The position numbers and the translations under genes are program-made. The notes under the pieces are model-generated. The model did no database searches, was not told the DNA's origin, and worked only from the letters and a program-made list of their open reading frames with translations. Positions 20,759 through 30,624 of a stretch of 64,000 nucleotides of DNA are shown in pieces. Within the stretch, counting starts at the first letter, position 1. Each line of letters begins with the position of its first letter. Origin of the DNA: Treponemataceae bacterium (GTDB taxonomy: Bacteria > Spirochaetota > Spirochaetia > Treponematales > Rectinemataceae); contig CAXXVZ010000003.1 of assembly GCA_963678065.2 (NCBI GenBank), positions 192,001-256,000 of the forward strand, written 5' to 3'.

Positions 20759-22288
20759 ATGCGAGCAAACCTCGAGATCCTGACGAAAATCGACCGAGAG
20801 CGTCAGCTGCTGACCCACATCGGAGCCATTCTCGGGTGGGACCAGGAAACCTATATGCCGGAAAAGGCCGTCTATGAAAGGGCAGAACAGCTCGCCCTCA
20901 TCGAGAGCATGGCGCACGAGAAGGCAACATCTCCCCGCATCGGAGAGCTGCTCTCCGAACTCGGGTCGACGGACGAGAACCCCGGCGGCAATCCCGAACT
21001 CGGACCGGAGGAGAGAGCCTACCTCCACGCACTCAGGCGCAGCTACGACAGGCTCACCAAACTCCCCGTCGAGCTCGTCGCCGAGACCGCCCGCGCCACG
21101 AGCCTTTCCCAGGCAGTCTGGGTCGACGCGAAGAAGAACAACGACTTCAAATCCTTCGCTCCCCACCTCGCGACCATGATCGACCTGAACCGCCGCAAGG
21201 CGGCCTGCATCAAGCCGGAAGCCAAGCCCTACGATGTCCTTCTCGACCTCTTCGAGCCCGAGTGCACGGAGGAATCCATCGGGGCGATCTTCTCCGCCCT
21301 CAGAACAGAGCTCGTTTCCATTATTTCAGCCATACGCGGCAGACCCCAGGTCGACGATTCCTTCCTCCACCGCCCCGTCCCCGTGGAGCGCCAGAGAAAA
21401 ATCAGCGAGTGGCTCATGGACGTGCTCGCCTACGACAGGACGAAGGGGCGGCTCGATACGACGGTCCATCCCTTCACTACCACCCTCGGAACCGACGACG
21501 TGCGCATCACCACGCGTTTCATCGAAAATTTCCTGCCCTCGTCCGTCTTCAGCACTATCCACGAGACGGGCCACGCCCTCTACGAACTCGGCATCGATCC
21601 GGCGCCGGGTTTCTCCCGCACGGTCCTCTCCGAAGCAGCCTCGATGGCGATCCACGAATCGCAATCCCGCCTCTGGGAGAACATCGTCGGCCGCTCAGAG
21701 GCCTTCTGGAAGGAACATTATCCGACCTTGCAGGGGCTTGCGGGTCCCGCTCTCGCCGATGTCGGCCTTGCCGCCTTCGTCGCGGCCATCAACAAGGTCG
21801 AGCCCTCCCTCATCCGGACGGAGGCCGACGAGGTGACCTACGGGCTTCACATCATCCTCCGCTTCGAACTCGAGGCCGATCTCATTGCGGGAAGGCTCTC
21901 CGTGGAGGATCTCCCGGCGGCGTGGAACGCGAAGATGAAGGAGCTTTTCGACCTCACGCCTCCGGACGACGCGCGCGGATGCCTTCAGGATGTGCACTGG
22001 GCTATAGGCGCCTTCGGCTATTTCCCGAGCTATTCTCTCGGCAACCTGTACTCCGCCCAGTTCTGGGACACCATGAAGCGCGAGATGCCGGGCGAACCTG
22101 CGCTGAGCGGGGCGCCGGGGCGCTACGACCTCAGCCACATTCTCGGCTGGCTCAGGGCCAACATCCACAAGCCGGGCGCCACATACCTGCCCGGCGAGCT
22201 CGTCGAACGGGTGACGGGGCGGAGCCTCGATCCCTCGCACTTCGTCGTCTACCTCCGGGAGAAGTACTCGCGGATATACGGATTCTAA
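20759..22288 (+). CDS. Carboxypeptidase M32 (Taq-like)
   Basis: WDQET, HPF, IHETGH (HExxH), HESQSR, IRTEADE, QDVHW, GYFPSYSLG; SD AAGGAG. Confidence 0.95.
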   Translation: MRANLEILTKIDRERQLLTHIGAILGWDQETYMPEKAVYERAEQLALIESMAHEKATSPRIGELLSELGSTDENPGGNPELGPEERAYLHALRRSYDRLTKLPVELVAETARATSLSQAVWVDAKKNNDFKSFAPHLATMIDLNRRKAACIKPEAKPYDVLLDLFEPECTEESIGAIFSALRTELVSIISAIRGRPQVDDSFLHRPVPVERQRKISEWLMDVLAYDRTKGRLDTTVHPFTTTLGTDDVRITTRFIENFLPSSVFSTIHETGHALYELGIDPAPGFSRTVLSEAASMAIHESQSRLWENIVGRSEAFWKEHYPTLQGLAGPALADVGLAAFVAAINKVEPSLIRTEADEVTYGLHIILRFELEADLIAGRLSVEDLPAAWNAKMKELFDLTPPDDARGCLQDVHWAIGAFGYFPSYSLGNLYSAQFWDTMKREMPGEPALSGAPGRYDLSHILGWLRANIHKPGATYLPGELVERVTGRSLDPSHFVVYLREKYSRIYGF

Positions 22289-22305
22289 GCGGATATACGG
22301 ATTTT

Positions 22306-22341
22306 AAAAAAGGGAAAGGCGCCTATCGGGGTGCCTTTCCC
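22306..22341 (-). terminator. Rho-independent terminator for the minus-strand gene
   Basis: On the minus strand: GGGAAAGGCACC...GGCGCCTTTCCC followed by T6. Confidence 0.75.
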
Positions 22342-22386
22342 GTCATCGCGGGTATGGGACGCGGGCGCCTTCGCGGCGCGCGGTAT

Positions 22387-23172
22387 CTACATCGTCTTCC
22401 AGAAGCGGTAGTTGACGCGCTCGATCTCCTCGATACTCTTGAGGGGATAGAATTTGCAGCCGTTCTGGCTCGCGAACATGAAGCCGTGGCGCAGGTTCTT
22501 GTACGAGAACTTGTCGAAAGGACAGTCGAGGGAGATGCCCTTCACCTTCTTTCCGGGCGTCTTCAGCATTTCGAGGATGGATTCGTGCAGTCGCGCGGGG
22601 TGGGTGCCCGGCACGAAGGTCGAGATGAAGGGATTCGCGTCGAACTCACCCATGAAATCGTCGACCGAGAACTCGAGCTGGGAGTAGAACATCACGGGCG
22701 CACCCTTGGTGTTGTGCTCGTCGGTGATGAACTTCGCGAACTCGAGGAAATTGTAGCGGGTGAGAACGATGAACTTGACGGGATTGATCTCGAGGATGAT
22801 GCGCATCTCATCGCCGCGGGTCTTGGGATCGTAGTCCGAAGCCTCGAGTGAGACGTAGTCGCCCGTCGAGTTGCAGACGTAGAGGAGCCCCAGTTTTTCG
22901 AAATCGATGTGCTCGAGTACGCGGTAGCTCTTGATGAATTTGGTCGCCTTTGGCCTGCCGTCTTCGTGGGGCTGAAGATCCTTGTAGGCGGCGTCTATGT
23001 CGAAATACGGATGGCGGAAGGCCGTATCGACCTCCGCGAAGATGAGCTTGCCCTCGAAGTAGCGGGTCGAGCCCTGGATGTAGTGCTTGATGAACTGCTC
23101 GGGGGGCAGTTGCGAGGCGATGAGCGAGTGGTTCGGATGCAGTATCAGATACAGATGTTTATCGGATTCCAT
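22387..23172 (-). CDS. Hypothetical protein
   Basis: MESDKHLYLILHPN... with GGAGG SD and strong C/G-ending codon bias. The ORF-track extension to 23655 overlaps hisD and is spurious. Confidence 0.8.
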   Translation of the reverse strand: MESDKHLYLILHPNHSLIASQLPPEQFIKHYIQGSTRYFEGKLIFAEVDTAFRHPYFDIDAAYKDLQPHEDGRPKATKFIKSYRVLEHIDFEKLGLLYVCNSTGDYVSLEASDYDPKTRGDEMRIILEINPVKFIVLTRYNFLEFAKFITDEHNTKGAPVMFYSQLEFSVDDFMGEFDANPFISTFVPGTHPARLHESILEMLKTPGKKVKGISLDCPFDKFSYKNLRHGFMFASQNGCKFYPLKSIEEIERVNYRFWKTM

Positions 23173-23215
23173 GCGCGTCCTCCGGTCGATATGATCCCGA
23201 ACGGGATGTTTTTTT

Positions 23216-24544
23216 TCAAGATGCGGGCTCGGTTTTTTTGGTGGAGACTTCGTATCCCGGAACGCCGGCGATGCCTGCCCGGGCGTCTGCGGCCCTGGCG
23301 TGGGCTTCGAGCCCCTCGATCCGCGCGAATGCGGCCGCATCGCGCGCGAGTTCCTCCGGCTCGTCCAGCGCAAGCCAGGTTCGGGCGCGAAGGAAGGCGA
23401 GGACGGAGAGTCCCGCGGCGAAGCGCGCCGCGCCTCCCGTGGGGAGGCAGTGGTTGGGCCCCGCGCCGTAGTCGCCCATGACCTCCGCGGAGGCCGCGCC
23501 GACGAAGAGAGCTCCCGCGTTCCGGATCCTTTTCCGGTACACATCGGGATCGCGGACGAGGAGTTCGAGATGTTCGGGGGCGAAGCGGTCTGCCGCCTCG
23601 CAGGCGATGTCGATAAAGTCTCCGGCAGAATCAGCGACGGACAGAACCCAGCCATTGCCGAGCGCGGTTGTCGCCGTGCCGCGGTTGGGTTCGGGCAGCG
23701 TCGCGAGCCTGCGGTCCAGCGCTTTCTCGACGGCGCGGGCGAAGCCTTCGTCCGGGGCGACGAGGGCCGGAATCGCGGCAGGATCGTGCTCGGCCTGGGC
23801 GAGGAGGTCGGCGGCCACGATTTCGGGCCCCGCCGAAGCGTCGGCGATCACGAGGAGCTCGGAGGGCCCGGCCGGCGCCTCGGTCCCGACGACGCCGAAG
23901 AGAAGACGCTTCGCTGCCGCGACGTAGCGGCCGCCGGGGCCTACGATGACGTCGCAGGGCGGCGCGCCAACCCCGTAGGCGAGGGCGGCTATGGCCTGTG
24001 CTCCGCCCGCCGCGAGAAAGCCCTCCGCGCCCGCGATGAAGGCCGCCGCGAGTGTGACGCGCGAGGGGCGGGGTCCGGCGCACCAGACTGTGGCCACGCC
24101 TGCGGCCTTGGCCGCGCAGACGGTCATGAGCGCGCTCGAGGGCAGGGGATAGCGCCCGCCGGGAACGTAGCAGCCGGCGCGCGAAACGGGCACGAAGTCG
24201 TGACCGGCGCGGCCGCCCGGCACCGCCATGTCCAGATCGCAAAGGCTCGCCCGCTGGGCGGCCGCGAAGCCCGCTATGCGGTTTTTCGCGCGCTCGAGGA
24301 GGCCCCTCGTCTCCGTGTCCGTGGCCTCGAAGGCCGCCCGGAGCTCATCCCGGGAGATGGCGAAAGGAGCGCCGGGCGCAAGCTCGCCCGTCTTTTCGGC
24401 CCACTCGCGCAAGCCCGCCTCACCGCGCTTCCGGACCGCCTCTATCGCTCTCAGGGCGACGGCCTCGGCCTCGGCGTCGAAACCTTTGCGGCCCGATTCG
24501 GGTATATCCCCGAGCCCGATGCGCCTCAGTGTATGCTGTTCCAT
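23216..24544 (-). CDS. hisD: Histidinol dehydrogenase
   Basis: [62 protein letters not shown]. Confidence 0.97.
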   Translation of the reverse strand: MEQHTLRRIGLGDIPESGRKGFDAEAEAVALRAIEAVRKRGEAGLREWAEKTGELAPGAPFAISRDELRAAFEATDTETRGLLERAKNRIAGFAAAQRASLCDLDMAVPGGRAGHDFVPVSRAGCYVPGGRYPLPSSALMTVCAAKAAGVATVWCAGPRPSRVTLAAAFIAGAEGFLAAGGAQAIAALAYGVGAPPCDVIVGPGGRYVAAAKRLLFGVVGTEAPAGPSELLVIADASAGPEIVAADLLAQAEHDPAAIPALVAPDEGFARAVEKALDRRLATLPEPNRGTATTALGNGWVLSVADSAGDFIDIACEAADRFAPEHLELLVRDPDVYRKRIRNAGALFVGAASAEVMGDYGAGPNHCLPTGGAARFAAGLSVLAFLRARTWLALDEPEELARDAAAFARIEGLEAHARAADARAGIAGVPGYEVSTKKTEPAS

Positions 24545-25842
24545 GAAAGGTCCTCGCCCGAAGTCTTGTAGGCCGGCTTGGCCGCTCCGCCCCTGCGTTT
24601 AACCTTGAGGGCGCGGCGGTCGAGCTCCGCCTCGATGTCGGCCAGTCCCGCCCCCTCGACTTCGGCCTTCACGAGAGCGAAGTAGATGACATCTGCGGCT
24701 TCGGCCGCCGCCTCGACAGGACCTTTCGCCCTTGCGAGTTCGTCGGCCTCTTCCCGGAGCTTGGACCCGAGAAGCGCCTCATCCTCGAAGAGCTTGCGCG
24801 TGTAGGAACCCGCTGGCGCGTCTTTGCGTCGCCCGGAGATCGTGCGGGTCAGCCTCTCGATCCCCTTTCCGTCGTCGAAACATGTCCAGCTGCCCGTATG
24901 GCAGAAGCCCTTCCCCTCCTGGCGGACCGTGAAGCGCAGAGTGTCCCTGTCGCAGTCGGTCTCGACCCGGACGAGGCGCTGGGTGTCGCCCGAGGATTCA
25001 CCCTTGGTCCACAGCCCGCGCCTTCGGGACTGGTAGACGCCGAGGCCGGTCTCGAAAGCCTTTTCTAGACTCTCGCGGCTCGACCAGGTCATGCCGAGAG
25101 CGCGGCCGCCCTCGTCACAGACCAGGGTGGGCCAGAGTCCGTCCGCCCGGTCGGAGACCAGCGGGGCCGCGAAGGCATCCGCGAGGCTCAGCTTGCCGAG
25201 GGCTATGGCCGTCCCTGCCTGGACATCGGCGCCGAGTCTGTCGAGCTCGGCGATTTCCACGGGCAAGGTGGCGCCGCCTGCGAAGGTGACCCGCCTGCCG
25301 CAGGCCGAGCCGACGAGGACCCTCGCCCGGTCGAGGTCGAGCCCCTCCATCGCTCCTTCGCGCTCGATGAAGGTGACGAGGAAGCCCGAAACGTACGGAG
25401 CGAGCTCCTCCATCCTCTTCGAAAGGTCGAAGTCGACGGATTTCGTCCAACCCTCGACCATGACCCTGCCATCCCTCATGTCGAGCGCGGCGATCACCCG
25501 CTCCTTCGGCAGTGCGGAGAGAAATTCCGGGTTGGCCTGGGTCCCGACCATCACCGAGCGGGCGCCTGAGTCGAGCAGTTCCATCGCGAGTTCGACGGTC
25601 CTTATACCGCCGCCCACCCGGGCGGGGTAGCGGCGGATGAGCTTCTTCACCAGTTCTTTGTTGTCGCCGCTTCCGAGGGCAGCGTCCAGGTCGACGATGG
25701 CGATCTCTCCCGCGCGCGAAAGGCGGGCCGCCACGACCTCGGGATCTCCTACGTCGAGCACGGGGAAACGCCCGCCTTCGGGCTTCCCGCCGCGGAGCTG
25801 CACCGCCCTTCCGTTCATAATATCCACACTCGGCACTATCAT
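24526..25842 (-). CDS. Fusion protein: HisA-like TIM barrel + phosphoribosyl-AMP cyclohydrolase (HisI) + phosphoribosyl-ATP pyrophosphatase (HisE)
   Basis: N-terminus PSVDIMNGRAVQL, IVDLD, VGGGIR; middle LWTKGESSG...DCDRD...FCHTG...CF; C-terminus SYTRKL...KLREEADE...EAAD. Confidence 0.92.
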   Translation of the reverse strand: MIVPSVDIMNGRAVQLRGGKPEGGRFPVLDVGDPEVVAARLSRAGEIAIVDLDAALGSGDNKELVKKLIRRYPARVGGGIRTVELAMELLDSGARSVMVGTQANPEFLSALPKERVIAALDMRDGRVMVEGWTKSVDFDLSKRMEELAPYVSGFLVTFIEREGAMEGLDLDRARVLVGSACGRRVTFAGGATLPVEIAELDRLGADVQAGTAIALGKLSLADAFAAPLVSDRADGLWPTLVCDEGGRALGMTWSSRESLEKAFETGLGVYQSRRRGLWTKGESSGDTQRLVRVETDCDRDTLRFTVRQEGKGFCHTGSWTCFDDGKGIERLTRTISGRRKDAPAGSYTRKLFEDEALLGSKLREEADELARAKGPVEAAAEAADVIYFALVKAEVEGAGLADIEAELDRRALKVKRRGGAAKPAYKTSGEDLSWNSIH

Positions 25843-26651
25843 ATCCGAACCTCCACATTCTTCGACGCGAGAAATCGTTTGAGTTCGCCGACCGAAAGTT
25901 CTCCGCGGTGGAAGACTCCGGCCGCGAGGAGGGCTCCCGCCCCGGCCTCTATGCCTTCAAGAAACTGCCCGGGTCTCGCGGCTCCCCCGGAGGCGATGAC
26001 GGAGATCCCGCATGAGCGGCTCACGAGGCGAAGAAGCTCGGCGTCGTAGCCGATGCCCGTCCCGTCGCGGTCTATCGCGGTCAGGAGGATCTCCCCGGCC
26101 CCGAGCCTTGCGCCTTGCGCGCACCAGAGCACGGGATCGATGCCCGTGGGCTTCCCGCCCGAGTGGACGAAGACTTCCCAGAGCCGGGACGCCGCCGTCT
26201 CAGTCCCCAGAATCGACGCGACTTTCCCGGCAACTCCAGCCGTCTTCCGGCCGGCATCCACCGCGAGCACTACGCATTGTACACCGAATCGCTCGGCGAG
26301 GCGCGATATCAACGCGGGATCGGCCACAGCCGCGCTGTTCACCGATACCCGGTCCGCCCCGGCGGAGAGGAGTCTGCCCGCGTCCTCGACAGAGCGGATG
26401 CCGCCTCCGACCACGACGGGAATGGAGACTGCCTTTCTGATCCTCTCCACGGTCGCGGTGGCTGTCCTCCTCTCCTCAAGAGTCGCGCTGATGTCGAGCA
26501 TGGCGATCTCGTCGGCGCCCTCCGCCTCGTAGCGCGCGGACAGTTCGGCGGGGTCGCCAGAATCGACGAGATTGCCGAACCTGACTCCCTTCACGACGCG
26601 CCCACCCCGCACGTCGAGGCAGGGAATTATCCTGACAGCGGTTCCGCTCAT
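25839..26651 (-). CDS. hisF: Imidazole glycerol phosphate synthase, cyclase subunit
   Basis: RIIPCLDV..GRVVKGV.F, LDISA, GAGEILLTAIDRDG, IASGGA. Confidence 0.97.
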   Translation of the reverse strand: MSGTAVRIIPCLDVRGGRVVKGVRFGNLVDSGDPAELSARYEAEGADEIAMLDISATLEERRTATATVERIRKAVSIPVVVGGGIRSVEDAGRLLSAGADRVSVNSAAVADPALISRLAERFGVQCVVLAVDAGRKTAGVAGKVASILGTETAASRLWEVFVHSGGKPTGIDPVLWCAQGARLGAGEILLTAIDRDGTGIGYDAELLRLVSRSCGISVIASGGAARPGQFLEGIEAGAGALLAAGVFHRGELSVGELKRFLASKNVEVRI

Positions 26652-27469
26652 ACTTCGCCTCCCGTGGCGCCGGGCAGCCCGCTGCCGGCCACAACCCTCG
26701 CACGCGTATCCTCGCCTTCGTCCGCTCCGACGCCGAGCCATCGTCTGTACAGGCTCTGTCCCCATGGTCCGGAGAGTTCGGGGTGGAACTGGCACAGAAG
26801 GAGAGAAGGGCTCATGCCTCGTCCCGGCTCTGAGTATTCAAGGGAGGCCACGAAGGGTTCCCCGTATACGGACCGCGAAACCCGGAATCCGGCGGGACCC
26901 TCCGCCACACAGTAACTGTTCGCGTAATAGGCCCAGCCATCGGCGACGAGCCCTCGCTCTCCGGGCCGGTCGGGGTAGCTGCCCGCCGCGACGCGGTTCC
27001 ATCCGAGCTGCGGTAAAGGAAGATTGCAGACAAAGCGCCTGACAGTCGCCTGCACGATGCCCATCCCCTCGACCCCTCCTGACTCCTCGCTCGAGGCGCA
27101 GAAGAGCTGCATCCCGAGACAGATGCCCATGGATGGACGTCCTGCGACGAATCGTTCCCTGAATGCGTCCGCTATTCCGCTCGCCACAAGCTTCTCCATC
27201 GCGGGTCCGAAAGCCCCTACGCCCGGAAGGATTGCGTAGTCGGCCTTCGCGATGTCCGCAGCGTCTTCGGATATCTGCGCATCGCTCCCCGTTCCGGCCA
27301 ATACCCGCCCGAGGGCGGCCATGACTGAGGCGAGGTTGGCCGCTCCGGTGGAAGCGACGAGAATTTTTCTGCCTCCGCGTCGCGCTCCGTCGTCGTCGTC
27401 GACCTTCGCCGCGGTGCCGGATCTCTCCGGCGCAGAGTCACCCTTTTGCACGAGGTTTTCCGGCATCAT
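26648..27469 (-). CDS. hisH: Imidazole glycerol phosphate synthase, glutaminase subunit
   Basis: [31 protein letters not shown]. Confidence 0.93.
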   Translation of the reverse strand: MMPENLVQKGDSAPERSGTAAKVDDDDGARRGGRKILVASTGAANLASVMAALGRVLAGTGSDAQISEDAADIAKADYAILPGVGAFGPAMEKLVASGIADAFRERFVAGRPSMGICLGMQLFCASSEESGGVEGMGIVQATVRRFVCNLPLPQLGWNRVAAGSYPDRPGERGLVADGWAYYANSYCVAEGPAGFRVSRSVYGEPFVASLEYSEPGRGMSPSLLLCQFHPELSGPWGQSLYRRWLGVGADEGEDTRARVVAGSGLPGATGGEV

Positions 27470-28209
27470 GATCCTTCTCCCCGGAGCTTCTCCCACTCTT
27501 CCCCGTCGAGCTCGACAAGTCGCACCCCGCCCTTCGTGCTCGCAAACCCCCCACTCTCGTCCGCCACTTTCCCCGCCCCGCGGCTTTCCGCCGGCTCGAG
27601 CGCCATCCTGAGGGCGAGAGCCAGGGCCTTGAATGCCGCCTCAGCCCTGTGGTGGTCGTTGTTCCCCCTGATCAGGTCGACGTGGAGATTCATCCTGGCA
27701 GAATACGCGAAGCTTTCGAAGACATGGACGATGTTCTCGCAGGCGAGTTCCCCGACAGCGGGGCGCGCGAGTCCCAGCTCCGCCACGCAGTACGGCCTCC
27801 CCGAAAGGTCCACGACGGCCCTCGCGAGGGATTCGTCGAGGGGGGCGTAGGCGTATCCGAATCGCCTCGTCCTGCCCGACTTCTGCAGAATGCGGAACAG
27901 GGCTTCGCCGAGAAGGATGGCGCAATCCTCCGCGCTGTGGTGGTCGTCCACGCAAAGATCGCCCCGGCACCGAAGGTCCACTGACCATCCTGCGTGCGTC
28001 GCGAGGGATGTCAGCATGTGGTCGAGAAAGCCTATACCGGTATCCACATTGATGCGCCTGTTCCCGGGGCCGTCTCCGCCCACTTCTTTTCTCTCCGCCC
28101 CGACTACGCCGTCCAGATCGAGCCAGAGGGAGATACTCGTCTCCGCGCTCGTCCGCGAGAGCGCGATCGCGCGTCCCTTTGCCGAAAAATCCGACATTCC
28201 GGTACTCAT
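27466..28209 (-). CDS. hisB: Imidazoleglycerol-phosphate dehydratase (monofunctional)
   Basis: [37 protein letters not shown]; no phosphatase domain. Confidence 0.96.
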   Translation of the reverse strand: MSTGMSDFSAKGRAIALSRTSAETSISLWLDLDGVVGAERKEVGGDGPGNRRINVDTGIGFLDHMLTSLATHAGWSVDLRCRGDLCVDDHHSAEDCAILLGEALFRILQKSGRTRRFGYAYAPLDESLARAVVDLSGRPYCVAELGLARPAVGELACENIVHVFESFAYSARMNLHVDLIRGNNDHHRAEAAFKALALALRMALEPAESRGAGKVADESGGFASTKGGVRLVELDGEEWEKLRGEGS

Positions 28210-29237
28210 GCGAGCCTCCCTATATCGTCTAGAACCGAAAGTAGCCTCTGAAACTCTTCCTCACTGCCGGGACAGGTGATCCGGACGAGCCCCTCGAAGC
28301 CGGGCTTGCCCGGCCAGTGCCTGATGAGAACCTCCCTGTCGGCCAGAGCCGCCGCGAAGCCCGGCGCGTCCGCCACCCTCGCGCAGATGAAGTTCGCCTC
28401 GCTCGGGCAGGGCTCGGCGCCCGTGGCTTCCAGAACCGAGAACAGCCGCGCGCGCTCGGAGCGCACCTGGGCGAGAAAAGCTTCGTCCATCGCCGGGGCC
28501 GAGTCCAGCGACATGCATGCGGCCGCGATCGCCGGCGCGGAGAGCGAGTAGGGCGGCCCCGCCCTGCGCAGCGCCGCGACGAGATCCGATGACTCCCCGC
28601 ATGCCGCGGCCCATCCGACACGGAAGCCCGCGAGTCCGTAGGACTTGGAGAAACTTCCGGTCACCACCACGTTCCGCGTCGCGAGCGCCCGTTTCCGGAG
28701 CCTCTTGTCCGAGCCGAAGTCGTCGTAGGTCACGTCGACGACGAGGATCGTCCCGGATTGCAGGCAGGCCGAGGCGAGGACTTCGAACTCCTCCTCCGTC
28801 AGGATTCCACCGCCGGGATTATCGGGACTCGCCACGAGGAACATCGCCGGCCTGTTTTCCCGTATCATCGCCGAGGCGGCGCCGAGGGGGAAGGGCGCCT
28901 CGGGCCTCCGCTCCACCGAAATGCACTCCGCTCCCGAGCGCTCCGCCGCATCCGCGTACTCGCCGAAGGAGGGCGCCGTCGTCGCGATCGTCGATCCTGG
29001 ACCCGCGAGCATGCGGACGGCGCGGTCGATGGCATCGTCGGCTCCCGCCGTCGCGATGACGAGGGAGGGATCGAGCCCGAGAAGGGCGCCGAGCTTTTTC
29101 TCGAGGGGGCGCGCGTCCGGATAGCGGCGAACCCTCTCCGGGGCGAGGAGCCCGGCCAGCTGGTCGGAGGAGAGGATGCATCGACCTTCGTTCGCGTCGA
29201 GCCGCAGAGGCTCTGGCGCCGGTATGGTGGCTGTCAT
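28206..29237 (-). CDS. hisC: Histidinol-phosphate aminotransferase
   Basis: [43 protein letters not shown]. Confidence 0.92.
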   Translation of the reverse strand: MTATIPAPEPLRLDANEGRCILSSDQLAGLLAPERVRRYPDARPLEKKLGALLGLDPSLVIATAGADDAIDRAVRMLAGPGSTIATTAPSFGEYADAAERSGAECISVERRPEAPFPLGAASAMIRENRPAMFLVASPDNPGGGILTEEEFEVLASACLQSGTILVVDVTYDDFGSDKRLRKRALATRNVVVTGSFSKSYGLAGFRVGWAAACGESSDLVAALRRAGPPYSLSAPAIAAACMSLDSAPAMDEAFLAQVRSERARLFSVLEATGAEPCPSEANFICARVADAPGFAAALADREVLIRHWPGKPGFEGLVRITCPGSEEEFQRLLSVLDDIGRLA

Positions 29238-29283
29238 GCCCGTTTCCTTGCCGTTATCGGCTGCATCCGCGATCGCTCCGCCC

Positions 29284-30219
29284 TCATGGGACGAGCTGGC
29301 TGAGCTCTGTGACGACGATGTCCGTGCCGCCACGCTTCTTGATCTCCGGAATGAGGTGTGCGAGCATCGCGCGCGGGGCCGCGATCCTGACAGCGAAAGC
29401 CTGTCCGCCGTCAAGGGGCGAAATCGTCGGCGAGCGCAGGCAGGGCAGGATGTCCGTCACCGCCTGGAGCCGCTCGATCCCCACGTTGAGTTCGACCATG
29501 ACCCTCGTGCGCGCCTCGATCACCGACGTGAGGAGGAGGACGATGGATTCCGCGGCTTCCCTCTTGGCGGGGTCGGCCATCGCGGCTTTGGATGCGTAGA
29601 GCCTCGTCGAGCTCTTCATGATCTCGTCCAGGATGACGAGGCCGTTCGCCTTCAGCGTCGAACCGGTCGCGCAGTTGTCGACGATGATGTCGGCGTCTTC
29701 GGGCGGGAAGACCTCCGTCGCGCCGTAGGAGCGGAGGAAGACAGCGCCCGGCGTGTTGCGCGTCATCCAGTACTTCGTGATTCCCTGATATTCCGAGGCG
29801 ACGACGAGGGAATTGCGGGCATTCTTGATGCCATCGGGGCGCGCATCGGCCTTGAGCCTCCCGTTTTCAGTCAGGTAGGCCGGGGCCGCCGCGACGATCT
29901 TCACAGGATCGAGCCCCGTGTCCATGAGCTCGACGAGGTCGGCCTCGAGCTCGCGCACCCAGTCTGCGCCTGCGAAGCCCACGTCGCGGCTTCCCGTCGC
30001 GAGCATCTCGACGATGTTCTGCGGCTTGAGGAACTTGGCTTCGAAGGCGATGTTGAGGGCCCCTTCGATCACCTGCTCCGGATCCGACCCCACCTGTGGC
30101 CTGTAGCCGCGGTCATCGGCCCGGACCGGAAGCCCCGCATCGCCCATGAGACGAAGAACTTCGGCCTGCATCCTTCCCTTCGGCAATCCGAGCCTCACCA
30201 CTGTCTGACCTGCACTCAT
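29284..30219 (-). CDS. hisG: ATP phosphoribosyltransferase (long form)
   Basis: LGLPKGR, GATEVFPPEDADIIVD...TGSTLKANGL, C-terminal regulatory domain (PTISPL); SD AAGGAG. Confidence 0.97.
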   Translation of the reverse strand: MSAGQTVVRLGLPKGRMQAEVLRLMGDAGLPVRADDRGYRPQVGSDPEQVIEGALNIAFEAKFLKPQNIVEMLATGSRDVGFAGADWVRELEADLVELMDTGLDPVKIVAAAPAYLTENGRLKADARPDGIKNARNSLVVASEYQGITKYWMTRNTPGAVFLRSYGATEVFPPEDADIIVDNCATGSTLKANGLVILDEIMKSSTRLYASKAAMADPAKREAAESIVLLLTSVIEARTRVMVELNVGIERLQAVTDILPCLRSPTISPLDGGQAFAVRIAAPRAMLAHLIPEIKKRGGTDIVVTELSQLVP

Positions 30220-30236
30220 CGAAAACTCCTTGTATG

Positions 30237-30266
30237 AAAAAAGCCGGCTCCTCGGGGCCGGCTTTT
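30237..30266 (-). terminator. his attenuator terminator
   Basis: On the minus strand: AAAAGCCGGC-CCCGAGGA-GCCGGCTTTTTT, just upstream of the hisG SD. Confidence 0.9.
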
Positions 30267-30386
30267 CAGGAACGCGGGATTGTGGTTTCCCTCTCGTGCC
30301 TCAATAAACGGAGCGCCGGCCCCTGCAGTCCGGGACCGGCGCTCTCCGTATGGTTTCGCGCGTATCGCGCATCTACCCCGGACAAC

Positions 30387-30455
30387 TCACGGTCCCTGAA
30401 AATGACCGTGATGCCGATGGTTGAGGATGGCGACAGCGACGACTTCGTAGTTCAT
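30387..30455 (-). CDS. hisL: his operon leader peptide MNYEVVAVAILNHRHHGHFQGP (22 aa)
   Basis: Four His codons within six positions, followed by alternative hairpins and a terminator before hisG. Confidence 0.88.
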   Translation of the reverse strand: MNYEVVAVAILNHRHHGHFQGP

Positions 30456-30624
30456 GACGGATATACTAGACCATGAGCGCGGCGTCACTGTCAAGAACCG
30501 CGCCGCCGCTTCTGTATAAAAATGCAAAAACAACCCCGCCTTGCGCGGAAATCGCGGCGTGTCCCTCGGGAAAACCGGCGGCGGCCTGTAGTCCGAATCC
30601 GCGGCAATCGATACTATTATCGCA

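Noticed and set aside
24526..24560. Programmed frameshift fusing HisA/I/E to HisD
   Set aside because: No canonical slippery heptamer, and hisD has its own SD and ATG.
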